Shown: positions 18,201 through 28,041, counted from the first letter of the stretch. The stretch: DNA of 64,000 nucleotides from Planctomycetota bacterium (GCA_046154185.1 JBJXGE010000003.1:21144-85143), one strand, 5' to 3'. Notes: generated by a model not told the origin, from the sequence alone. Made by a program: numbers and translations.

Positions 18201-19485
18201 CGATATTTATCTGCGTCGCGGTGAGTGCGACGCCGCTCGCGCAAAAAACCGCGGCGCCGAGCACATCGGCCGACGTCGCGATCACGCGATTGATGGCCTG
18301 GCCGGCGGTCGAACCGATACCCCAGCGCGCGCTGGCGAAGCCCGCCGCGTCGGTGAAAACGGTGAACGTTTGCGCGCCAGTGGCCGCACCATCCGCATTC
18401 AGCCAGCCGTTATTGCGGTCGATACGAAACTCGACCAGTTTGCCGACGAACGGCGAGCCATCGGACTCCAATAGCCGCACGGTGATCGGCGCCGGCAGCA
18501 TCGACCGCACCGGTCCGGACTGCGCGTCGCCGGAGAACAGCGTGAGTGTGGGCACGCCGGGCGGCGGAATCACACGCGTGACGGTGCGCGACACGGTCAC
18601 GGAGTTGCCAAGCGCATCGGCGCCAACGATCTGCAAAAGCGTCGGTGTGCCGAGCGCGAGTGGCACGCTCGCGGCGAGGAAACTTCCGGTCGTGCCGAGG
18701 CCTTCGTACACAGTCGCGACCACGCCGTTGACCGTGACTGTCATAGGCAGCACGCCGCTCAAGAGATCGCTGATGGTCCCCATAACCGCGATGGTTTCGG
18801 TGAGGACTTGCTCGTCAGCGAACGGGTATTGGACCGACACGACCGGTGGCTGAGTATCCTGAATGATCATGATCTGCGCCGGTGCGCTCGCGAGTCCATT
18901 TGCATCGAGCGCCGTGACGTAGATGTTATTCACAGAGTTTTCAAGCAGCGGAATGCCCACGGCGTTGAAGCTCCCGCCGACAACCGGCGCCGTGATCACG
19001 CCAGCAGGCGAACTCGCGGCAACCGTCACAGCGCCGGCCGCTGCTCCGGAAACGGTGATGGTGAATTCGTCGGTGAACTGAAACAGCGGATTGAGCGTCG
19101 GCGCCGGCGGCGGCACGGGATCATCGGGACACGCTGAACCAGGGCCCACGCAATCGAGCGCATCGGCCGTGAGATCGATCCCGCACGAACCGAAAGGCGG
19201 AGGTGGCTGCGGCCCCGCCGAGAAGAGATAGCTGAGCAAGTAAATGGCATCGGCGATATCGAGCGCGCCGCTGTCGTTGGAATCGAGCGCATCGCGGCAG
19301 GTGAGTGGTCCGGCGCTGAACAAGTAACTCAGACCATGGATGGCGTCCGCGACGTTCAAACTTCCGTCGAGATTGGCATCGCCTCGCTTGAAGGTCCAGT
19401 CCCCGCGCGCCGCAGTTGGCAGCGCCGCGCACAGTAGCACAGCAATCAAAAGAGCAGCGAAAAGCGCACGCGTCGAGTGTCGCAT
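15223..19485 (-). CDS. Giant secreted protein (1420 aa) with an N-terminal dockerin-like Cys-tail module, multiple Ig-like/Big_2 domains and a Cys-rich region
   Basis: ATG at 19485 with AGGAGG SD 8 nt upstream. Signal peptide. The module directly follows (FKRGDANLDGSLNVADAIHGLSYLF...DSNDSGALDIADAIYLLSYLFSAGPQPPPPFGSCGIDLTADALDC). Big_2-like segment near the C-terminus. Confidence 0.8.
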   Translation of the reverse strand: MRHSTRALFAALLIAVLLCAALPTAARGDWTFKRGDANLDGSLNVADAIHGLSYLFSAGPLTCRDALDSNDSGALDIADAIYLLSYLFSAGPQPPPPFGSCGIDLTADALDCVGPGSACPDDPVPPPAPTLNPLFQFTDEFTITVSGAAAGAVTVAASSPAGVITAPVVGGSFNAVGIPLLENSVNNIYVTALDANGLASAPAQIMIIQDTQPPVVSVQYPFADEQVLTETIAVMGTISDLLSGVLPMTVTVNGVVATVYEGLGTTGSFLAASVPLALGTPTLLQIVGADALGNSVTVSRTVTRVIPPPGVPTLTLFSGDAQSGPVRSMLPAPITVRLLESDGSPFVGKLVEFRIDRNNGWLNADGAATGAQTFTVFTDAAGFASARWGIGSTAGQAINRVIATSADVLGAAVFCASGVALTATQINIGDGNNQFVEAGAPVPLPLRVWVSDGVNGVSDYAVVYQVVEGGGTINGLSSFPFLTMSSGHAEAVLVAGAQPGVNVVDVRLSGDMSKVATFTIYGIARDFDRPTSFHGAVLDNAQQPIGGATCSLTVGASTLLTTTSPDGQFEFSEVPSAGSGQLFIDGATATTAGSQSVAIGTFPSIGYLVVLVPNAENTLPQPILLPRLNPLNVQQFDGSQDVVLTVNGIDGLEVLVAAETEITLPNGTIVATGSGNSVPLSLNAVHHDNVPMPIPDGAAPPFAWTLQPAGAHFDPPLSIRYPNFSGLAPGSIAYFLSYNPINNRFEIVSAGTVDAEGAFINSDPGAGLTIAGWGCNCPPYAATGECCKYEPEPNGCGPADPPWAAGLVPECPYVFVWQVCFTPACDTHDICYGTCACGALTAKFACDGIFLLDLLGICAGQFTPGLPPFEVCSIQAAIYAAAVAVGGFGAFSSAQDEACRCEECGGLALGSGGGPPPPMYPDADEDILPDDWEIEVGLDPTDSADAMLDQDGDSLNNIQERLFGTLPFDEDSDDDGTTDGIELWATQPPPRVVLDETWQVVVNGQSAQIGTHGTYKVRNVSAPDQFGPSGPGSPPDFVSDDCVRAIATKTVGGVSYYATSSPFRIAQGQTIDVQGMTVSTDPPPIPESLKFSRLPGTPSYGIIEVGDTAQLELLGELADGSLADFSSDPCTTYRISNSAIATVSPTGLVAGLNPGFVLISGTNNGALASIVVRIIPAIPRTTIVGFTMLSSGAPLPGASISVVGTAFSAVSAASGQFQIVDVELTGTTLELLCSLVSGSETLQALVEVSSPVVGGYTDVGIINMGAGPAVLLTDATGSQGSAVSIDIVLDTDTALGGWSFGVCHDSAVIEITTAEAISLAGVLSGGMPADLTVVDVIPGDGVTMGVVVDFIGVDSLPPGAGYWILRAHYSILGVAGSTTDVCFCDTIGGGGAGPVATVVTGTSGTAIPTDKYCGTVTIVP

Positions 19486-19746
19486 CACAGGCCTCCTCCT
19501 TTTCGCAAAATCCATCGTCGCCCAATACACGCCATGCAGGCCTGCGAATCGTAGTCAGCGCAGCAAAAACCTACAAGTCAGCGGTCAAAAGCCCGCGGCA
19601 ACTGAGCCCCAATTAGCTCGGTCAATCCACGCAAGATCTTGCTGCCACTGGCCGCCAAGACGGCGTATTGCTGCCGCGCCGTCCGCCGTCGCACGCGAGG
19701 CGCCGCGGGCGGCGCGAGTTAAGGAGTCAGTGTCTTCGGCGTGATC

Positions 19747-19780
19747 CCGACCCAGGGCCGCCGTCATCGGCTGCCCTGGG
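19747..19780 (-). terminator. Stem-loop GACCCAGGGC-(14 nt)-GCCCTGGGTC downstream of the beta-propeller gene
   Basis: 10-bp perfect inverted repeat. No U-tract. Shares the CCCAGGG/CCCTGGG core with the hairpin at 7299-7333. Confidence 0.35.
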
Positions 19781-19820
19781 TCGTTGCGAAAGACGAGTAT
19801 TGCTCGAGAGCGTCAAGCTC

Positions 19821-21686
19821 TCACTGCATGCATCCCGGCGTACTCACGCCGGGGTCGAGGCCGGGATTCGGGAAGGGTGGGGGCGGCGGCGCCATGGATT
19901 GAAACAGGTACGCGAGCAAATAAGTCGCGTCGGAGAGGTCGATCGCGTCGTCGTCGTTGGCGTCGATTGCGTCGAAGCACATCGACGGCGTGCCCGTGTA
20001 GAGGACGCGCAGTTGCTCGATGGCGTCCGAGATGTCTATCACGCCATTGCGATTCGCGTCGCCGCGCACGAACGGAGCCAAGTATCGGTAGGCGGCGAAC
20101 GCGGTCGCAGCGGCGCTCGCTTGCGACACCGTCACGTCGACGGCGCCGACGACATGCGCAGGTGCGGTCGCTGTGATCGACGACGCGGTCTGCATCGTCA
20201 CCACCGCGGACGCACCCCCAAAGACGACGGCGAGTGGCTGCGCGGCATCCCAACCGCCGCCGACAATTGTCACGCTGTTGCCGCCTGCTACGGCGCCGAA
20301 ACCGGGAGCGACGCTCTCGATGGCAAGAACCGGCACGGTGCTCAAGTAGGTGTACGCGGCAACCAAGGTACTGGCGCCGCTCGGCGCCTCGACGAGGACG
20401 TCGACGACGCTCGCGGTCGCCGCGGTCGGCGCAATCGCCGCAATATGCGAGTTGTCGACGATGCTAAAACTCGCCGCGTTCAATCCAAAGCGAACGGTGG
20501 AGGCCGCGCCGAGATCGCTTCCGAAGATGTCGACAACGTTGCCGCCCGCGACGGGTCCGCTGGTCGGCGCCACCGAAGTGATGACGGGCGGCTGCGTCAT
20601 TGGCCCGCCGGCGACGAACGCGATCGCCGACGGCGTCGACAACAACGCGCCCGCGTCGTCGAAGTACGGCCGTAGCTCGCCGAGGTCGAGCGCGTCGCCA
20701 TCCGCGTTCAAGTCTTCCGCGATGTAGAGTCGATCGAGTGTGCCATCCGCGAGCAGCAGACGGCCCGGCGCTATGAGCACCGCATCGTTCGGATCGTGAA
20801 CAATGGAACCGGCGGCGGCGCCGTCGAGAAACACTCTCGCCTCGCCAGGGTCGAGCGCATCTCCATCGCCGTTAGAGTTCAGCAAGTACAACACGGTGCC
20901 CGTGTCCTCGTCGATGACATAGACACCGCCCGCGGCATCGACCTGGAGCGCGTCGATGTCCGTCACCGGCACGCCGCCGGCGATCGAGTAGAAGATCGTG
21001 GCCTCGAGCGCATCCATCGCATCGCCGTCGCCGTTCAAGTCGGCGAGTCGAAACACAATGCCGAACGTGCTGTCGCCGACGTAGACGAATCCCGTCGTGC
21101 TATCGATCGCGATGGACTCCGGATCCGTGATCGGCTCGGCGGGCGAAAGCGCCGCTGAGTCGTAGAAGACGCTGAACTCGCCATCGTCGTTCGCATCGCC
21201 ATCGGCGTTGTTGTCGCGCATGCGCAAAATGGCGCGCACGGTTGTGCTGTCGTCACAGACGTAGAGCGCGCCATCGCTGCCGAACGCCATGCCGCCCGGC
21301 GTGCCGAGGTCGAGACCGAGCGAACTGTCATCGAAGAACACGGTAATCTCGCCCGCGTCGTTCGCATCGCCGTCCGCGTTGAGATCCTCGAGCGCGAACA
21401 CCGCGTCGAGCGTGCCGCCATCCAGCAGCAAGAGACGATTGCCGTTGTGGAGCAAGTGATTGGCGCTCGACAAGTCGGGACCGCTCGAAGTGTCATCGTA
21501 GTAAACCGACACTTCCGTCAAGGGTTCGATGCTGCCATCGCCATTCAAGTCGACGAGACGATAGACCACATCGTCCGTCGAGTCGGCGACGAACGTCACA
21601 TCCTGCGCGCGCGTTGGGCCCACGGCCGCGAGCAGGAAACTGAGCACGACGAGCGTGAGCGCTCTTTGAGAGCTGGCAAGAAACAT
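19821..21686 (-). CDS. Secreted FG-GAP-like Ca-binding beta-propeller protein with two IPT/TIG domains and a C-terminal dockerin-like Cys-tail module
   Basis: Signal peptide MFLASSQRALTLVVLSFLLAAVGPTRAQD. Repeated DLNGDGxxD / EDLNADGDANDxGE loops. IPT motifs (PVITSVAPTSGPVAGGNVVDIFGSDLG, twice). C-terminal FVRGDANRNGVIDISDAIEQL...DANDDDAIDLSDATYLLAYLF...PPPPPF. Confidence 0.75.
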   Translation of the reverse strand: MFLASSQRALTLVVLSFLLAAVGPTRAQDVTFVADSTDDVVYRLVDLNGDGSIEPLTEVSVYYDDTSSGPDLSSANHLLHNGNRLLLLDGGTLDAVFALEDLNADGDANDAGEITVFFDDSSLGLDLGTPGGMAFGSDGALYVCDDSTTVRAILRMRDNNADGDANDDGEFSVFYDSAALSPAEPITDPESIAIDSTTGFVYVGDSTFGIVFRLADLNGDGDAMDALEATIFYSIAGGVPVTDIDALQVDAAGGVYVIDEDTGTVLYLLNSNGDGDALDPGEARVFLDGAAAGSIVHDPNDAVLIAPGRLLLADGTLDRLYIAEDLNADGDALDLGELRPYFDDAGALLSTPSAIAFVAGGPMTQPPVITSVAPTSGPVAGGNVVDIFGSDLGAASTVRFGLNAASFSIVDNSHIAAIAPTAATASVVDVLVEAPSGASTLVAAYTYLSTVPVLAIESVAPGFGAVAGGNSVTIVGGGWDAAQPLAVVFGGASAVVTMQTASSITATAPAHVVGAVDVTVSQASAAATAFAAYRYLAPFVRGDANRNGVIDISDAIEQLRVLYTGTPSMCFDAIDANDDDAIDLSDATYLLAYLFQSMAPPPPPFPNPGLDPGVSTPGCMQ

Positions 21687-21976
21687 GGAGCGAGCTGCCT
21701 TCCGGTAGATCGTTGGTGAGTGCGGGGGGTAGCCGCAGCGGGGTGCGCATGCCGAGGGGAGCAATTTGAGCGCCAGCTGGCCCACGCGATGCGCGCCGCG
21801 CAAGTGTCGATGACGAAGCAACTAGCCGGACGCCGCCGCTACGCTGTGGCGACCGCATCCGATCGCCCGGGCGTGGAACGACCGGAGCCGGGCGTTCATA
21901 TGAATAGGGCGGGCCCACGAAGCGTTAGGAGTACGAATTCGTCGATCTTGAGCCCGAGTCGAAGCGGTGAGGAGGA

Positions 21977-22399
21977 ATGACAATGAAGCTGCGCTCGACC
22001 TCCGTTGCGCTGGTGTTGACCGGCGCGTTGATCCTGGCTGCCACCGGCTGTCACCATCGGAGTCACCGACATCATCATCACAACCCGGCGCCGGTCGTGA
22101 ATCCCGGCACTGTGTTCACCTGGGATGCGACGGTGCTCGGCTACTCAAACGACGAATCGTACTTTTGGAAGACGCCGTTCGACGACGCCATCGTCGAGTT
22201 CGAAGCGTTTGATTTCGAGGGCGCGTTCACGATCGAGATCTACGATCATTTAGACGAACTCGTGTACTTCGAGACCTTCTACGGTGACGGCGGCGACTAT
22301 TTCAGTAGCGCGATCACCGATCTCGGCGTCGATGGAGATTGGCTGATTTATCTGACGAGCGACAACGTCGACGGCGAACTGCACGTGTGGATCGAATAG
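21977..22399 (+). CDS. Lipoprotein with His-rich N-terminal tract, hypothetical
   Basis: GAGGAGG SD. Signal plus lipobox (ILAATGC) followed by HHRSHRHHHHN. Confidence 0.6.
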   Translation: MTMKLRSTSVALVLTGALILAATGCHHRSHRHHHHNPAPVVNPGTVFTWDATVLGYSNDESYFWKTPFDDAIVEFEAFDFEGAFTIEIYDHLDELVYFETFYGDGGDYFSSAITDLGVDGDWLIYLTSDNVDGELHVWIE

Positions 22400-22417
22400 C
22401 AGCCCGCGGCGTGCAGC

Positions 22418-23503
22418 TCACCGTGTGCGAGGGCGATCATCGCGTTGCGGCCGCGCCGGACGATTCGAGGTCGTTGGTCGCGGACGAGCCGGCGGCGCGG
22501 GCCGACTCGGACTTCCGGCCGACGCGGGTCGCGGACTCGAGGTTCGCGGATTCGGCGAGCGTTGACTTGACGGCCGCGGCATCGACGGTCGCTCCGCGGG
22601 CGTCCGACTCGGCGCACCACTTCGCCGATCCCGCGCGTCCGGCGTTCGCGTTCGGCGCTCACCGCCGCGCGGGTTGAAAGTGGGACGCGTTCCGGCTCGC
22701 GGAGCGCCGCGCGGGCGCGGCGCGACCAGTGGGGGTTCGATGCGATCGCGACGCGACGCGCGATCGTCGACTCGACCGACGAGTCCCGCGATTTCTGTTT
22801 CCGTGAGTTCGCGCCATTTGCCGCGCTCGAGATCGCCGAGTCGCAACTTCCCGATCGCGATTCGCTCCAGGTGCAACACTTTGATGTCCACGGTCGCAAA
22901 CATGAGCCGCACTTGCCGCTTCATGCCTTCGCGCAGAACAATGTGCGCAATGCACTTGCCGTTTGGTTGTGTCTCGACGAGCGTAACACGCGCCGACTGC
23001 GTCTCGCGCCCGACCTCCTCGAGAAACACGCCGCGTTCGAGTTGACGGACCTCGGTGGGTGACGGCGTTCGATTCAGGAGTGCACGATACTCCTTCTCGC
23101 CGCCGTAGCGCTTATGACTGACGCGATGCAATAGTTCGCCATCATTCGTCAATAAGATCAGACCTTCAGTTTCAAGGTCGAGTCGCCCGGCCGGCAGCAC
23201 GCCCGCCTCGACAATGGATCGCGGCAACAAGTCGAGCACCGTTGGTCGCTGGTGCGTGTCGTGCGTGCTGGTGATGAAACCCGCCGACTTGTTGAGCATG
23301 ATCGTCAACGTCTTCTTCCGCGCGATCTCCTCGCCATGAATCGTCACGCGGTCCGTGCCCGGCGTCACTTTCCAGCCTTGATCCTTGACCGGCTCGCCAT
23401 TGACGTGAACGAGCCCGTGATCGATGAGGAGCTCCGCCTTGCGTCGCGAGCAGTAGCCACAGTTGGCGATGTACTTTTGCAGTCGGACGCGTTCACTCTT
23501 CAA
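22418..23503 (-). CDS. rluB: 23S rRNA pseudouridine synthase, RluB/RsuA family, with Arg/Pro/Ser-rich C-terminal tail; TTG start
   Basis: S4 domain (LQKYIANCGYCSRRKAELLIDHGLVHVNGEPV) and pseudouridine synthase core (HRLDLETEGLILLTND). TTG at 23503 overlaps the NRDE stop as TTGA. Confidence 0.85.
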   Translation of the reverse strand: MKSERVRLQKYIANCGYCSRRKAELLIDHGLVHVNGEPVKDQGWKVTPGTDRVTIHGEEIARKKTLTIMLNKSAGFITSTHDTHQRPTVLDLLPRSIVEAGVLPAGRLDLETEGLILLTNDGELLHRVSHKRYGGEKEYRALLNRTPSPTEVRQLERGVFLEEVGRETQSARVTLVETQPNGKCIAHIVLREGMKRQVRLMFATVDIKVLHLERIAIGKLRLGDLERGKWRELTETEIAGLVGRVDDRASRRDRIEPPLVAPRPRGAPRAGTRPTFNPRGGERRTRTPDARDRRSGAPSRTPAERPSMPRPSSQRSPNPRTSSPRPASAGSPSRPAPPARPRPTTSNRPARPQRDDRPRTR

Positions 23504-24267
23504 ATGGCAGCTCCCCTTCGATCTCCCGCGAAACCGGCGTCGAGCGCGATGGCGACGAACGGCTGGCGATTCGGCGGCCCGTCCGAGTATTCATAGCGGA
23601 TCGCGCCACTCCGATGCACTCCGACGAGACTCCCGGACACAGTACCGCGCTCCACGCGCGTTTGCTTCAAAAGTGGCGGCAAATCGCCGTCCGGTTTGTC
23701 CTGCGCGAGGAGCCGCGCGCCGAGCCGCCAAAAATCTACTCCGGCAGCGATGCCGGCGCGCCATTCTCGGTGCGCGCGTGCGACCTCACCGAGCGCTCGG
23801 TCGTCGGCGGCACCTTTGTCCGTCACGACAATCGTGCCGGGACCGAACTCGCGCTGAGTGACTCGGTCACCGGCGGGTCGCTCGATCACGACGATACTGC
23901 TCGCGTCGCCGAACACCAAGTTGTACGGCGCGCACGGCGTGCGCGCCCAGTCTTCATGGACCGCCAGCGCGGCCGCGCCATCGCCCGCTTCGAGACACTC
24001 TCGCACGAGCTGACCGCGCGATCGCGCGCCTGGCAGCGGCGCTGCGGCGCTATCCGTGCGATTCGTGATCACGGCAAAAAAACCACGTTCATTGATTCCG
24101 ATCCAAGTGCCGCCGGCGAGCTCATCGCGCGGCGCGAGATAGCGCGTTCGCCCGCCCGGCTCAATGCGCGGCGGCGTGCTCGGCCGCGCGTAAAACTCAT
24201 CGCGATTCGCGGCCAGAAAGAGCGGCCATTCGAGATCGTTGCAATAGTCGATGAGAACAAAACACAT
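23500..24267 (-). CDS. NRDE family protein (TANGO2/DUF833-like)
   Basis: Begins MCFVLIDYC and contains the eponymous LFLAANRDEFYARP motif. Confidence 0.8.
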   Translation of the reverse strand: MCFVLIDYCNDLEWPLFLAANRDEFYARPSTPPRIEPGGRTRYLAPRDELAGGTWIGINERGFFAVITNRTDSAAAPLPGARSRGQLVRECLEAGDGAAALAVHEDWARTPCAPYNLVFGDASSIVVIERPAGDRVTQREFGPGTIVVTDKGAADDRALGEVARAHREWRAGIAAGVDFWRLGARLLAQDKPDGDLPPLLKQTRVERGTVSGSLVGVHRSGAIRYEYSDGPPNRQPFVAIALDAGFAGDRRGAAI

Positions 24268-24318
24268 GAACGGATGCTCGGTTTCGGCGACACAATCTTC
24301 AGTGTCGAAGTGCGGTGG

Positions 24319-25242
24319 TTACTGCTCGGCTTTTTTGCGGAACTCGGGTCCGCACTGCGCTTGGATGTCCGCGAGCAGGCTCGCCATCTCGTCACTCTTG
24401 CCGGCACCCTTTGCCGTCATATAACGCTTGAAGAGATCATCGTAGGCGGTCGCAAGCGCGTCTTTGAGATCGGTGCGGGCTTCCTCGAGCACTTTGAGGA
24501 CGCTTTCTGGCGCGCGTTGCGCGACGAGTTCCGCGAGCTTGCTCTCGAGAAAAGTGAGCGCGTCGTAGGGACCGTTATCTTTCTGCTTGCCATACGCGTC
24601 CGTGCGGAATCCCGCCGCCTTTGCCTTCAAGATTTTCAGTTCTTCTCCAGTGAGCTCGCGGGGTGGCGGCTCTTTTTCGGGCAGCGCTTTCTTCTTGAAC
24701 TCTTCTCCAGCCTTCGCCGCATCTTCTTTTCGTTCTTGCTCGGCGCGTTTTTTCGCCGCGGCCGACGGGCCCGACGCAATGGGCGTTTCGGCTTTGTTCA
24801 ACTCCATGAAGATAAAAATGAATACCCCGATGAGCGCCAAACCACCGAGGCAAATCATCACTATTTGCTTGGGGTCCGTCGGCGCGACTGGCGGCGGCTT
24901 ATGGTGATGGTGCGAATGCGCGTGCGCGTGTCCGCCGCCGCCGCCACCATGATGATGATGGCCATGCGCGGCGTGTTGCCGTTTGGTGCCGCGTGGTCCA
25001 GCCGCCGCGCGCCGCGGCGCCGCATCCACGACATGACCGGCCGCTCGATGCTCGATGGCTTCGGCGATGCGCGCGCACGCGTCCTTCTCGATGTAACCCT
25101 CGCGCAAGAGAAACGCGTCGATGCGCTCGGCTGGCTTCGCCGCTTCGCGGTAATACTTGAGCAGCTTGACGCCGTCTTCTTGACTGTAGAAGCCAAGTTG
25201 CACCGCCAAACCTAAGAACACTTCATCGCGTGAGGCTGTCAT
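24319..25242 (-). CDS. Single-pass membrane protein with poly-His/Gly tract and Lys/Glu-rich coiled-coil, hypothetical (possible metal-binding)
   Basis: AHGHHHHGGGGGGHAHAHSHHHHKPPP followed by a TM segment (IVMICLGGLALIGVFIFIFM). Divergent from selB. Confidence 0.5.
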   Translation of the reverse strand: MTASRDEVFLGLAVQLGFYSQEDGVKLLKYYREAAKPAERIDAFLLREGYIEKDACARIAEAIEHRAAGHVVDAAPRRAAAGPRGTKRQHAAHGHHHHGGGGGGHAHAHSHHHHKPPPVAPTDPKQIVMICLGGLALIGVFIFIFMELNKAETPIASGPSAAAKKRAEQERKEDAAKAGEEFKKKALPEKEPPPRELTGEELKILKAKAAGFRTDAYGKQKDNGPYDALTFLESKLAELVAQRAPESVLKVLEEARTDLKDALATAYDDLFKRYMTAKGAGKSDEMASLLADIQAQCGPEFRKKAEQ

Positions 25243-25398
25243 GACCGCAGATCCTAGGGCGCGCCCAGAGCATGGTCAAGCACCGACGCAAAGAGCCGTC
25301 GTTCCGCGGCAAGGAACCTTGAGCTTTGCACTCGCATGGGTTGCAATCGCGACTCGGTTTCAACCGGATCGATTTGCAAAGTGCCCGGAGGTGACGAG

Positions 25399-27333
25399 GT
25401 GACCGCGGATGCCATCTATAATGTCGTGCTCGGCACCGCCGGACACATCGACCACGGCAAGTCTTCGCTCGTTCGACAACTGACTGGCATCGATCCTGAT
25501 CGACTGCCGGAGGAGCAGGCGCGCGGTCTCACCATTGATCTCGGTTTTGCGCCGTTCGTCCTGAGCACCGGCGAGCGCGTCGGGATTATCGATGTGCCGG
25601 GGCACGAGCGCTTCGTCAAAAACATGGTAGCCGGCGCGACCGGCATCGACATAGTGGCGCTGGTCGTCGCCGCGGATGACTCCGTCATGCCGCAGACGCG
25701 CGAGCATATCGACATCATGACGTTGATCGGTGTGCGGCGCGGAGTGATTGTGATTAACAAGATCGACCTCGTCGAACCGGCGATGGTCGAGCTCGTCGAA
25801 GACGAAATTCGCGAGGCCGTGAAAGGTACTTTTCTCGACGGCGCGCCGGCGTATTACGTGTCGGCAACGACCGGAGCCGGAATACCGGAGCTGCGCGCCG
25901 CGCTCGAAACGCACTTGCGCGGTTTGCCGCCGCGCTCGACCGATGGCATTTTTCGGATGCCGATTCAACGGGTGTTTTCTGCGCACGGTCACGGCACTGT
26001 CGTGACGGGAATTCCGGTCAGTGGTCGCGTCGAGTTGCAGGATCGACTCGAAATTTTGCCGCTCGGTGTGACCGGTCGCGTGCGCGGACTGCAAGCGTAC
26101 AAGCAAACTGTGACGCAAGCGCGCGCCGGGCATTCGACAGCTATCAACTTGAGCGATGTGGATTTTCACGCGGTGCATCGCGGCATGGTGGCCGCCGTGC
26201 CAGGGTATTTCCAAGCGACCACGATGATCGAAGCGCGCGTGCGCGTGCTGGCGCATCTCGATCAGCCGGTGCGGCACCAAACGCCGATTCGCTTTCACAC
26301 GGGCACGGCCGAGGCGGCCGGCAAGATTTATTTGCTCGAAGACAAAGTCGTCGAGCCCGGCGCGGAGACCTATGCGCAGTTTCGGCTCACGGAGCCGATC
26401 GTCGTGGCGCCCGGCGATCGCTATGTGTTTCGACTCGAGTCGCCGATGATCACGCTCGGCGGTGGCGAGATCCTCGATCGCTCGGCGTGGCGGCTCAAAA
26501 CCGGGAAGGCGTACGTCGTCGAGCAACTGCGTCGCAAGGAGCAGGCGCTCGGCTCCGATTTGGAGTTCCTCGCGTCGCTCGTGGCCGAGACACCGCTCAA
26601 GATGATCGACGGCGCCGAGCTCGCGCGGCGCGCCGGCATGGCGGAAACCGAGGCGGCGAAGCATCTCGCGACCCTCGCGGAGCGCGGCGACCTGGTGCCC
26701 GTCAAGGGTGTGCAGCAATACTTGTCGCGCACAGGGCTCGAGCTCGCCGGAAAGCGCATCGAAGGTGCGCTCGACGAGTGCTATCGCAAATCGCCGTATC
26801 GTATTCACGTGCCGAAAGTCGAAGTGCTCGATGCTTGCCGACTCGACGCGGAATTTTGCGAGCATTGCCTCGCGAACCTAGCGAGCCGCGGCGTCGTGCG
26901 ACTCGAACGCGGCGGTCGGTTGTCATTGCCCGGTCGCGCGCTCAAGTTGAGTGGGGCGGAGCAAGAGGTCTACGATCTCATCGAGTCGACGTTTCGCAAG
27001 GACCTCCTCAATCCGCCGCGCCTCGACGAACTTGCTCAGCGCTCCGGTAAGCCGCTCAAGCTGCTCGAGAAGATGCAAGCGCTGCTCGTCGATCAAGAGC
27101 TGCTCGTGCGCCTCGCGCCCGATGTCGTGTTGTTGAGCGACGCGATCGACGGCGCCGCCGAAACGCTGAGAAAGTTGTTTCGCGATGAAGGCGCCTTCAC
27201 CGCATCGCGCGCCAAAGACGTCCTCGGCACCTCGCGCAAGTTCGCGATTCCACTCCTTGAATACTTCGACCGCCTGAAGATTACTCGCCGCCTCGGCGAC
27301 ACCCGCGAACTCGGCAGCGCGGGGGGTGGGTAG
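25399..27333 (+). CDS. selB: Selenocysteine-specific translation elongation factor
   Basis: GTP-binding domain ([32 protein letters not shown]), EF-Tu-like domains II/III and C-terminal winged-helix repeats. GTG at 25399 with GGAGG SD 7 nt upstream. Track start at 25336 also possible. Confidence 0.9.
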   Translation: MTADAIYNVVLGTAGHIDHGKSSLVRQLTGIDPDRLPEEQARGLTIDLGFAPFVLSTGERVGIIDVPGHERFVKNMVAGATGIDIVALVVAADDSVMPQTREHIDIMTLIGVRRGVIVINKIDLVEPAMVELVEDEIREAVKGTFLDGAPAYYVSATTGAGIPELRAALETHLRGLPPRSTDGIFRMPIQRVFSAHGHGTVVTGIPVSGRVELQDRLEILPLGVTGRVRGLQAYKQTVTQARAGHSTAINLSDVDFHAVHRGMVAAVPGYFQATTMIEARVRVLAHLDQPVRHQTPIRFHTGTAEAAGKIYLLEDKVVEPGAETYAQFRLTEPIVVAPGDRYVFRLESPMITLGGGEILDRSAWRLKTGKAYVVEQLRRKEQALGSDLEFLASLVAETPLKMIDGAELARRAGMAETEAAKHLATLAERGDLVPVKGVQQYLSRTGLELAGKRIEGALDECYRKSPYRIHVPKVEVLDACRLDAEFCEHCLANLASRGVVRLERGGRLSLPGRALKLSGAEQEVYDLIESTFRKDLLNPPRLDELAQRSGKPLKLLEKMQALLVDQELLVRLAPDVVLLSDAIDGAAETLRKLFRDEGAFTASRAKDVLGTSRKFAIPLLEYFDRLKITRRLGDTRELGSAGGG

Positions 27334-27495
27334 CCCGACCTAATTGTTCGATGACGATGCGGGCTCGTAGTCGCGCTCCGAACTCTATGGGACTATTGCG
27401 CTTGACCAACTCGAAAGAATCCGGACAACGATTCGAGGCGCTTGCGCGTGATGTATGTGAGCGGAGTGTTTCTCGTCGCGTCTAGGAGACGTTGA

Positions 27496-28041
27496 GTGGC
27501 TTGCGCAGACAGCAACAGAGATGAGAGCGATCGCCGCGCCGTCGCGGCGGCGCTCGATCACTGGCCGCGACTGCACGGTTTCGCCGCCGCGATTACCAAG
27601 GACTCGACGCGTGCGGATGATCTCTGTCAGACCGCCTACTTGCGGCTACTCGAACGCGCGAACACGATCGATTTCGACCGCCCGGTGCTGCCGCTGCTAC
27701 TAACCATCGTGCAGCGCGAAGCGGCGAGCGAGGCGCGGCGCGCGCGACCGCAGCCGCTCCCGGCTGACGACGGCGAGCGCGGGACGGCGCTTGTTGCCGA
27801 CAGCGGCGGCGAACCGTCCGAGTTGGCGGAGATCGCCGAGCGCCGAGTCGACATCCGCACGGCGCTCGAGACGCTGCCCGACAGTTGGCGAGCCGCGCTC
27901 TATCTCAAGGATGGGCTCGGCTGTTCCTATCGCGAGATCGGCGAAGTCATCGACGCGAGCTCCGACACTGTGAGGACCATGCTGCATCGCGCGCGTCGGC
28001 GCCTGCGAGCTCTTTGGACGGAGAGGACGGCGAGACAGTGA
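27496..28041 (+). CDS. ECF RNA polymerase sigma factor
   Basis: GTG start with AGGAG SD. Region 2 (DDLCQTAYLRLLERA) and region 4 (LPDSWRAALYLKDGLGCSYREIGEVIDASSDTVRTMLHRARRRL). Confidence 0.85.
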   Translation: MACADSNRDESDRRAVAAALDHWPRLHGFAAAITKDSTRADDLCQTAYLRLLERANTIDFDRPVLPLLLTIVQREAASEARRARPQPLPADDGERGTALVADSGGEPSELAEIAERRVDIRTALETLPDSWRAALYLKDGLGCSYREIGEVIDASSDTVRTMLHRARRRLRALWTERTARQ

